From an uncultured Verrucomicrobiae bacterium (GTDB lineage Bacteria > Verrucomicrobiota > Verrucomicrobiia > Limisphaerales > Palsa-1400): 64,000 nt of DNA. The stretch covers positions 3,200,001 through 3,264,000 of the forward strand of contig OY969763.1 of assembly GCA_963702845.1 (NCBI GenBank), given 5' to 3'. Positions 43,501 through 50,608 of the stretch are shown here, piece by piece. The translations under genes were made by a program, and so were the position numbers. Every line of letters begins with the position of its first letter. Position 1 is the first letter of the stretch. The notes beneath the pieces are model-generated. The model saw only the letters and a list, made by a program, of their open reading frames with translations, searched no databases and was not told the origin of the DNA.

Positions 43501-46049
43501 CAGGCGGGACCACGGTCAACGCCAACACGATCAGCGATTCGGGGAGCAGTTCTTTAGGCGTGGGCGGCGCGAACGTGATGTTGGGAACTGTAGGAGGCCA
43601 GGGCGCGAATCTTAATTTCACCGGAAGCTCTGGTCTCACCGCCAGCCAGGTCACACTCAATGGCACAAATAGCTCCGTCCTAAACGTCCCTTCAGGCAGC
43701 AGTCTCGAGTTGGACGGCCAGGTCAGAAGCGGAACAACTACCGCGGCTCCGCTGCTGACGTTGACTGGCGGCGGCACATTGACCCTCGGCGGCTCCGGCG
43801 ACAACGCCGCGTTAACCATGGCGATCCAAAAAGGCAACGTGATCATCACCAAGAACAGCGCTTCCACCGCGCATGGGTTGGGCGGCGGCTCCAGCTCCAT
43901 CGGCACCGGCACCGTCGGCAACAGCGCCATCCTCCAATTGAGCGGGTCGGGCGGCTTCGACCTGTTCAACACCTGCGTCCTGACGGTCAACAGCCCGGAC
44001 GGCATGCTCGACTTGAACGGACAGAACGACAGCATGAGCACGCTCACCTTGTCCGGTTCCGGCCCAACTGGCGTCGGTGCCCTCATTAACAGTGCCGCTT
44101 CTACACTCAGCTTGCTGAACAACACCGGCAGCGGAATGGTGCTCGCTGGCCCGACGACTATTGGCGGTGTCGGCGACATTGGTCTCCAGGGCAAAGTTAC
44201 CGGCAGCGGCCCGTTGACCTATATTGGCTCGGGCACATTGAGTTTGAGCAACGCGAACACTTTCAGTGCTGGAACCGTAGTCAGCGCGGGCAGCACCGTC
44301 GCATTCGCAAACAACGCCGGCGCAGCGGGCAGCGGAGCAGTCACCGTCAACGCCAACGGCACATTGGTCGTGGCCCTGGTTGGCAACAACGTCATTTTCC
44401 CCAACACGATCACAGGCACTGGAACAGTGAACCTGCAGGAAACATCGGCCAACAACCTGCAATTGGGCGGTTCGATGTCCACCTTTACCGGCGTGCTCAA
44501 TTGTCCGACCAGTCCCGGCGGCGCGGCCAAGGCGCAGATCCTCACGACGGCTGTCAATATCAACAGCGCGGCTACCATCAATGTCGCTGCTGGCGGGACA
44601 TTTTACGTCGCCAATAGCGGGGTCACTATCGCTTGCACCGTCAATCTGTACGGGACTGGCAACAGTGAGACTTACGGTGCATTACGAATCGAAAATGGCG
44701 CGTTGATCAGCGGGCCGGTGACATTGTTCGGCAACACGACGATGGGCAACGGTGCAGCCGGACCTGCCAAATTGGCAACGATCAGCGGAGCGATTCACGA
44801 ATCCGGCGGTTCTTACGGCATCACGTTTACATCGGAACCGGGCACGATCGTGCTTTCGGGTGTAAATACTTATAGCGGTCCGACGACGATCAATAAAGGC
44901 GTGCTGATCATCAGCGGAGCCGGCCAATTGGGGAGTGGCAATTATGCGGGCGATATTCTTAATAACGCCAGCAACCTTACTTACGCGAGCACCGCGCCGC
45001 AGACTTTATCAGGCGTCATCTCCGGCAGTGGCATGTTGATCGAAGGTGGTCCTGGCACGCTGACATTGACTGGCGCCAACGCTTACACTGGCGACACATG
45101 GGTGACAAACGGCAGCACGCTGGTCGTGGCCGGTTCGGGTTCTTTGGGCGCAGCCAATGCGAACAATTATGCAGGCAATATATTAGACAACGGCACTTTC
45201 ACTGACGCCAGCTCGACTGCACAGACGTTATCCGGGACTATTTCCGGGACCGGCGGAGTGACCGCAACCGGCTCAAGCATCCTCACATTGGCCGGAGCTA
45301 ATTCGTATACGGGCAATACCCTTATCACCAACGGCGCTACCCTCGTCTTGACCGGCTCGATCGACACAACGCCATCTATTGCGATCGCGGCTGGCTCAAC
45401 CCTTGATGCTTCTGCCATCGACCCGTATACGATGAACGCCAATACGACTTTGCAAGCCAGCGGCACCGGAACCGCTGTCACTGCGGCGATGATCAAAGGC
45501 GGTTCGAGTGTCACGCTTGGGTCAATGGCATTGAACTTCAAACCGCAAAGTTTTTCGGGCGACGCTTCCCATCCGGCGCTATACGTCTCTGCCGGATCGT
45601 TGACCCTCAACGGACCTGGACTCACCGTCAACAATGCGACCGGAACACCTCTGGGCGTGGGGACATATAGTATAATTCAAGCAAGCGGTTCGCTAACCCT
45701 CGCGAACAACAGCGTCACGGTTACCGGCGCGGGCCTGGCCGCTGGCACGACAGCCTCGCTTTCTATGGGCGGTGTCAATCTGAACCTGGTCGTCACATCG
45801 GGTGGAGCAATTCCTCAACCGAAGATCACCAATATTACGTACTTGAACGGCAACGTGATGTTCGGCGGCACCAATGGTCCGAAAAACGGCACTTACTATG
45901 TACTGGCCTCCACCAACGTTGGGCTGTCTCTGACGAACTGGACATCCATCGCTACAAATAACTTTGACTCCGCAGGAGCCTTCGCAGTCACTAACACTCC
46001 GCAAGGCACAGCTCAGAGATTCTACCTCATCGATATCCGCACTCCGTAA
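40596..46049 (+). CDS. Giant secreted protein: LamG/concanavalin-like domain plus autotransporter-associated beta-strand repeats
   Basis: Signal peptide; GLIGYW..TLSAWVK..WYHVAVT..GTIDDVRIYSRALS (LamG); many LTGANTYTGGTTI repeats; ends QRFYLIDIRTP; no autotransporter barrel. Confidence 0.88.
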   Translation: MKSNFFAKALTLLAGISLVLAARADITTGLIGYWSLSDGPGASTVTDLTGNGNNGTLTNFTDGTYNNMWTSSSDTNDGWPFAMLFNQSGEGANTYINVPDSSVLNTPSANRTWTLSAWVKCSEAGTAEPRYAGIIAKGNQGAEAYALYMNDTAGTGKFSGIFHNASLGSAEVATSTTVAQNGVWYHVAVTVLEPKSSSANAEAILYVNGVAESGANANTYTTVYSTNLPVTIGCRRLSSGDIGAAFAGTIDDVRIYSRALSANDIAQLYANKAFAPNNSGIGYWNGSAGNGGNATLDTASLNFCTNIYSAPVGTAASLGNVLTLDNGSALPPSVTFASTYYSNSLPIAVAATNLTIAPGGLAVATANAPGTINFANNLATTFILNSSDSIGIKDGANPTSLVQSGNGTAILTGVNTFSGGVTINWGTVQVGNGGTITGQELGTGSVTDNSTLAFSGNNSAIFNSAISGTGVVIQKGSGTTTLTGANTYTGGTTITSGALTVNSLSDSGSPAGTGSVTLGGGTLNYTGASDSTARQFTGIAGTTNTIDVTSGANLEITGRVTGSAAWVVNKVDSGTLTLSGSTDNSFLGMNVNGGTVILNKNSTTAIHAIGNPLTVNSGGTVQLSGSSNYQIANNANSPVTINSGGVFDANSQSQTFNKLALSGTGSGSGALINSAASTTSTMTALVVLAGGATIGGAGSITLPSVVSGTGGLTYAGTGTLTLSAANTYSGATVVSSGLLDGIFNGAIPGNVAVTGTGTLSLDTAAILSPTAILTLPASPGTGIVNLNFSGTQTISALFIGTTSMPGGTYGAPGSGATHENAAFQNVGILYVAQTFWDANHTDAGSQSSANGGGSGNWNNATASWWVSGNADTIWSPGNVAYFAGTAGTVTLNDNVTAAGLTVTAPNYNLNNTDGTSALTLSGTAPTVTIPQGTTTIGCAIAGSGTVTVSGPGTLNLSGANTYSGGTTIAGGTTVNANTISDSGSSSLGVGGANVMLGTVGGQGANLNFTGSSGLTASQVTLNGTNSSVLNVPSGSSLELDGQVRSGTTTAAPLLTLTGGGTLTLGGSGDNAALTMAIQKGNVIITKNSASTAHGLGGGSSSIGTGTVGNSAILQLSGSGGFDLFNTCVLTVNSPDGMLDLNGQNDSMSTLTLSGSGPTGVGALINSAASTLSLLNNTGSGMVLAGPTTIGGVGDIGLQGKVTGSGPLTYIGSGTLSLSNANTFSAGTVVSAGSTVAFANNAGAAGSGAVTVNANGTLVVALVGNNVIFPNTITGTGTVNLQETSANNLQLGGSMSTFTGVLNCPTSPGGAAKAQILTTAVNINSAATINVAAGGTFYVANSGVTIACTVNLYGTGNSETYGALRIENGALISGPVTLFGNTTMGNGAAGPAKLATISGAIHESGGSYGITFTSEPGTIVLSGVNTYSGPTTINKGVLIISGAGQLGSGNYAGDILNNASNLTYASTAPQTLSGVISGSGMLIEGGPGTLTLTGANAYTGDTWVTNGSTLVVAGSGSLGAANANNYAGNILDNGTFTDASSTAQTLSGTISGTGGVTATGSSILTLAGANSYTGNTLITNGATLVLTGSIDTTPSIAIAAGSTLDASAIDPYTMNANTTLQASGTGTAVTAAMIKGGSSVTLGSMALNFKPQSFSGDASHPALYVSAGSLTLNGPGLTVNNATGTPLGVGTYSIIQASGSLTLANNSVTVTGAGLAAGTTASLSMGGVNLNLVVTSGGAIPQPKITNITYLNGNVMFGGTNGPKNGTYYVLASTNVGLSLTNWTSIATNNFDSAGAFAVTNTPQGTAQRFYLIDIRTP

Positions 46050-46108
46050 GGACCTGACGAAGAGGAATGATATCAGCATTTGTGGCGGTTCCGCGTGGCT
46101 GCGGCCGG

Positions 46109-46192
46109 AAAAATGATAGATGGGATGAATGCTGGCGGGTGTGCAACGAAGTTGCTACGTCCACCAGCATATGAATAACTACAAGGTCCTAA
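46109..46192 (+). repeat. Dispersed intergenic repeat fragment (5' end of consensus)
   Basis: AAAAATGATAGATGGGATGAATGCTGGCGGGTGTGCAACGAAGTTGCTACGTCCACCAGCATATGAATAAC. Confidence 0.92.
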
Positions 46193-46255
46193 CACTTTGC
46201 TTTTTCTACGCTGGCGCGGTGACACCGGCTACCGCTCGCAATTGACATCCAGCGA

Positions 46256-46861
46256 ATGAACGCAAAGATGCGACGTATGAATTGGGAAGAAACTTACCAA
46301 AAAGGCGAAGCGTTCTGGAACAAGGGTGAGCCGTCGCCGCCGATGAAACAATATCTCGATCGGCACGCCGTGCGCGGTCGCGCACTCGTGCCGGGCTGCG
46401 GCCACGGTCATGAGGTGGCCCTGGCGGTGGAGCATGGGTTGGATGCGACTGGGCTGGACATTGCGCCGGCCGGGGTGGCAGAGGCGCGCGCGCTGTATCC
46501 TCAGTTGGCCGAGCGCTTCGTGGTCGGGGATTTGTTTAACCCGCCGGAGGAAATGCGCGGCGCGTTTGATGTAGTGCTGGAGCACACCTGTTTGAGCGGG
46601 CTGCATCCGACGCTGCGCGCCGACTACCGGCGGGGCATTGACCTGACGCTGCGACGCGGGGGGTTGCTCATCGGGGTGTGGTTCATCAATCCGGATCTCG
46701 ATCCTGGAGAAGAGGGGCCTCCCTTCCCTTTCAGCGTGGCTGACCTGACAGCGCTCTTTGCAAAGGGCTACGAACTCGTGGATGATTACGTGCCGGATCT
46801 GTCCTTTGACACGCGCGTGGGCCGGGAGCGGATGCGCGTGCTGCGCCGCGTGGCATGTTGA
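46256..46861 (+). CDS. SAM-dependent methyltransferase, thiopurine S-methyltransferase-like
   Basis: WEETYQKG..W..LVPGCGHG..GLDIA..GDLF..EHTCL..GPPF. Confidence 0.88.
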   Translation: MNAKMRRMNWEETYQKGEAFWNKGEPSPPMKQYLDRHAVRGRALVPGCGHGHEVALAVEHGLDATGLDIAPAGVAEARALYPQLAERFVVGDLFNPPEEMRGAFDVVLEHTCLSGLHPTLRADYRRGIDLTLRRGGLLIGVWFINPDLDPGEEGPPFPFSVADLTALFAKGYELVDDYVPDLSFDTRVGRERMRVLRRVAC

Positions 46862-47163
46862 GGCGACACAAGTGTCGATTCTCACTATTTACACAACTCC
46901 GTTTTGGTGGTTTCTGGGCAAGTCGATTTGACACGTAAGTCCGACCGCAGGGAGTTCATTTGACAACATCAGGCGAGTCAGTTTGTTTACCACATAAAAC
47001 CGGTAACGTGAGATAGGGCACTTCTGTAAGGCCGCCACTGCTGGAGGCTCTACCCCTGTTTTAGGGAATTTTCCTGATGACTATTTCGCGTATTGCGTTC
47101 CGAAGCCATTATCGAGGGATGCACCACTCGCGTATCGGCGCTCTTCCGCTTGAGGTTCAGCTT

Positions 47164-48855
47164 CTACGCCATCCGTTGCAGTTCCTGCTGCGCGTGTGCC
47201 ACCACCCGCTCCAGGCACCCGTCTTCAAATGGCGAAACCAGCCCCACCGACTGCACTAACTCACCAAACGCCAGTTCCCCTCCGCGGCGGCAAAGCTCGA
47301 AAAACTTCTCCATCGCTGCCCGCCGATCTCGCGCCGCCAGCTCCCAAAGCTGCAGCGCCACCGTCAGCGCCAGTGCATAGTCAATGTAATAAAACGGATA
47401 CCGATAGATGTGCAGCTGGCCCTGCCAGAATCGGCCGCTCGCCGGATGGGCCAGGTCGCCATACGTCCGCCACGGCAAATACGTCCGCTCCAACTCCTGC
47501 CACATCGCCGCCCGCTCATCCGGCGTCGCCGTCGGGTTCGCATAAATCGAATGCTGAAAGTGATCGACCGCCGCTCCGTATGGCAAGAAAAGCAGCCGGT
47601 CCAGCAGATGTTGCTGCCGGTATCGCTCCGTATCCTCCCCGAAGAACAATTCCATCTGCGGCCACGTCAAAAACTCCAGCGCGGTCGCATGAATCTCGCA
47701 CGTCTCTATCGTCGGATAAATATTTTCCCACAGCGGCTGTTCGAGTCCCAAATAACCTTGAAACGCATGCCCCATCTCGTGCGTAAACAACAGCGCGTCG
47801 ATCTTCGTGCCCGTACAGCTGCCGAAGATGAACGGCAGCCCAAAGCCCGGCACCACCTCACAGAATCCGCCCCCACCTTTCCCTTCGCGCGATTCGAAGT
47901 CGATGGTGTTTCTCGCACGCATTTTCGCAAAGAACGATTCCAACCGTGGATCCACCCGGGCAAACATTTCACTCGCCCGCTCCGCCATCCACTCATGACC
48001 GCCCAGCGGCCGTGGACACCCCGTCGAATCCTGCACCGATTCGTCCCACCACATCAGCTGCTCGATGCCCAGCCTTTCCGCCTGTCGCGCGCGAATATTA
48101 ACCGCCAACGGCACGACCAGGTCGCGCACCTGAACACGAAATCGCTCCACGTCCGCCTGCGCGTAACCGACGCGCTGCATCCGCTCGTAGCCAACGCTGA
48201 CAAAATTGTCCCGGCCGAGCTTTTCCGCCATTGCCTGTCGTCGCGTCACGAGGCCGTCGAAAATCGAATCGAGCTGCGCTTGATGCGTAGCAAACCAGCC
48301 CCATCGCAACTGGCCCGCCTCGTGGCGCACCTGGCGATCCTGGTGATCATTGAGAGCCTTCATATCCTCGAGCGTTTGTGTCTTGCCCTGAAATTCAAAC
48401 TTCGCCGACGCCAACAGCTCCGTGTAACTCGCCTCCAGCTTCGCTTGCTCGACGAGGTCCCCCTCAATCGCCGGATCAAAGGACGCGATGTCACATCGCC
48501 AAAGTTCAAATGCATGCGCCCCAAAATGCTCTACCAGTGCCTCCCGATGCGGGCTCGCCACCAGCTTTCGCTTCATCCCCACCGCCAAATTCGTCAGCTT
48601 CGGCTCCAGCTCATCGCGCATCTCACGCGCCCGCTTGTAATCCTCATTCCGCGTATCCTGCTGGAAGCGGATATAAGCCAATACACTCCAACTCCCCAAC
48701 CGACGCCGCAACGCATCCCATTGCTCGACGGCCGCAATCGCCCCACAAGCGGACGCAGTAGCGTCCAGCGCCGCCCCAATCCGCGCATACTCCGCAGCCA
48801 CCTCCTCATAAACCGGTGCCGGCAATTCGTACTCCTTGAAGTCTGTGTTGCTCAT
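47164..48855 (-). CDS. M3 family oligoendopeptidase
   Basis: HEMGHAFQ zinc motif, CEIH, KGGGGFC, PFYYIDY. Confidence 0.9.
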   Translation of the reverse strand: MSNTDFKEYELPAPVYEEVAAEYARIGAALDATASACGAIAAVEQWDALRRRLGSWSVLAYIRFQQDTRNEDYKRAREMRDELEPKLTNLAVGMKRKLVASPHREALVEHFGAHAFELWRCDIASFDPAIEGDLVEQAKLEASYTELLASAKFEFQGKTQTLEDMKALNDHQDRQVRHEAGQLRWGWFATHQAQLDSIFDGLVTRRQAMAEKLGRDNFVSVGYERMQRVGYAQADVERFRVQVRDLVVPLAVNIRARQAERLGIEQLMWWDESVQDSTGCPRPLGGHEWMAERASEMFARVDPRLESFFAKMRARNTIDFESREGKGGGGFCEVVPGFGLPFIFGSCTGTKIDALLFTHEMGHAFQGYLGLEQPLWENIYPTIETCEIHATALEFLTWPQMELFFGEDTERYRQQHLLDRLLFLPYGAAVDHFQHSIYANPTATPDERAAMWQELERTYLPWRTYGDLAHPASGRFWQGQLHIYRYPFYYIDYALALTVALQLWELAARDRRAAMEKFFELCRRGGELAFGELVQSVGLVSPFEDGCLERVVAHAQQELQRMA

Positions 48856-49120
48856 GTTCGTGGATACGGTTAATCGGCACCGGGACGACCCCGAAATTAC
48901 GCCTCAGTTAGCAAGTTCATCAGCTAGCACAGCTCAATTCTCCATCGCGCCGGCCTACAAAAAGCAGATTCACTTCATTTCGCTCATCGTAGGATGAGGG
49001 TTTTACCGAGCAATTTCCCCAGCCCTGTCAATCATAAGAAATTGCTTTTTGTACGCTGGCGCGTCAATGGGTTTTTAGGCCCAGTTCGGGTCGGAGTAGG
49101 ATGTGAGGCTATCGTTCGGG

Positions 49121-49240
49121 CAAAAATGATAGCTGGCATGAATGCTGGCGGGCGTGCAACAAAGTTACTGCGTCCACCAGCATATGAATAACCATCAGGA
49201 AAGTTCTAGCTCTCAAGTTTGCGGGGAGCAATTCGCATGC
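49121..49240 (+). repeat. Dispersed intergenic repeat fragment (5' end); empty site for the 49914 MITE
   Basis: CAAAAATGATAGCTGGCATGAATGCTGGCGGGCGTGCAAC..CAGGAAAGTTCTAGCTCTCAAGTTTG. Confidence 0.92.
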
Positions 49241-49271
49241 GTATCGTCCAACCCTGAAAGTAAAACGACAA

Positions 49272-49715
49272 CTACCCGCCCAGCAGAGTCGCCAACGCCG
49301 TCTGGCCTATACAGGTGTTTTTTGGTGATTTCTCGAGATGATCGAGGGCCTTCTTAAGCACTTCCGCCGAGAATGGCTTCGTCAAAATAGTGCCGTCCAC
49401 GTATTTGATGAATGCGTCAATCTTGGGGTTGTCGCGATGGCCGCTCATGAACAGGAATCGCCTGCATAACGCCGGCCGAACGCGAAACACCGCCAGATAG
49501 AACAAGTCTCCGGCGAAATTCGGCATCACCATGTCGCAAAGAATGAAGGTAAAATCGCGTGCAACGATCCTCTTAAGGGCTTGAGCGCCGTCCGGTTCAA
49601 ACTCCACTTCGAAGCCCCAATTCACCAGATGCTCGCGTATCAACGCAGCCAGCGGCAAATCATCATCCACAATGAGAACACTGCGCGCCGCACCGCCGTT
49701 TGCCGGAGAACTCAT
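49272..49715 (-). CDS. Single-domain response regulator (receiver)
   Basis: VLIVDDD..CDMVMP..FMSG..KPF. Confidence 0.88.
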   Translation of the reverse strand: MSSPANGGAARSVLIVDDDLPLAALIREHLVNWGFEVEFEPDGAQALKRIVARDFTFILCDMVMPNFAGDLFYLAVFRVRPALCRRFLFMSGHRDNPKIDAFIKYVDGTILTKPFSAEVLKKALDHLEKSPKNTCIGQTALATLLGG

Positions 49716-49827
49716 AATAGGACGATTAAACTGGTTGTCTTGGCGGGCGGCAAGAAAAACGTAGGGAGAACACTGACATTCACTGTGAATTATTAGTCTA
49801 AGCGTTGCAGCTGCAGTCCAAAAAAAT

Positions 49828-50436
49828 AAATGATAGACGGCATGAATGCCGGCGGGGGTGCAACGAACTTGCTCCGTCCATCAACATATGAACCTACCAC
49901 CAGGAAAGTTCTAGAGTGATTGCCAAAAGTAATTTCGGGAAAGGTGAAGCGGGGAACCCGGCAGTGCTAGGCGCGAGTAGCATCCGCGAAGCGGTGCAGC
50001 GACTATACAGTTCTGACTGCGCGCATGTCCTCATGGACCTGTAAGGAACGAGCAACAACGCAATGCCGGGTTCCCCGCTTCAGCCGTAGGCCGGGGGGCT
50101 TTTGTCTTTTGGCTTCCTTGTCGGTCTCGGCAAGATCCACCAGGGATATTGACTTCGATCTCCGCCTCGCCAAAAACCAAAATCCCTCCCGCCATTCCGG
50201 AAATTAAATTTGGCAATCGCTCTAACTCTCAAGTTTGAGCAAGTCGCAAGCAAGCTTTCAACCCAACCCAACACACCAGCAGATCAAGCTCGCCTCCACC
50301 AGTTACGTCTAGCACTGAGCGGGCAGCGACAGAATTGTGGGCGAATACGCGGAAATTGTGCAGCTACGTCTTGAAATTCTTTCTGAAAGATCCGAATCTC
50401 TTCCTGTCAATCAACTCTGCAGTGCAGGGTTCGGTT
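49828..50436 (+). repeat. Dispersed intergenic repeat (5' half) interrupted by a MITE
   Basis: Colinear with 20892-21195 once 49914-50224 is removed. Confidence 0.9.
49914..50222. mobile_element. 309-bp MITE with imperfect terminal inverted repeats and TA target duplication
   Basis: Left end GAGTGATTGCCAAAAGTAATTTCGGGA; reverse complement of right end GAGCGATTGCCAAATTTAATTTCCGGA; TA on both flanks; empty site at 49201-49220; internal perfect 19-bp IR 49945-49963/50064-50082. Confidence 0.88.
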
Positions 50437-50608
50437 TATCAAGCATACCCCACCCCTCAGTCGATAAGGGCGAAACGTTTCCCACCGAGAAGGCACTGCA
50501 TAAGCGCTGCCCGATTGGAAAGCGATTCGCCTCGGCAGATAGAAATCACTTGTAAAACATTCCTCTCTTGTAAAGTATTCACCCACCCCAGATATCGGGA
50601 AAACCATT

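Noticed and set aside
47410..48873. 487-aa + strand ORF and similar long shadow ORFs (e.g. 19034-19840, 56223-57263)
   Set aside because: Antisense to well-supported genes with no recognisable motifs; expected in GC-rich coding DNA.
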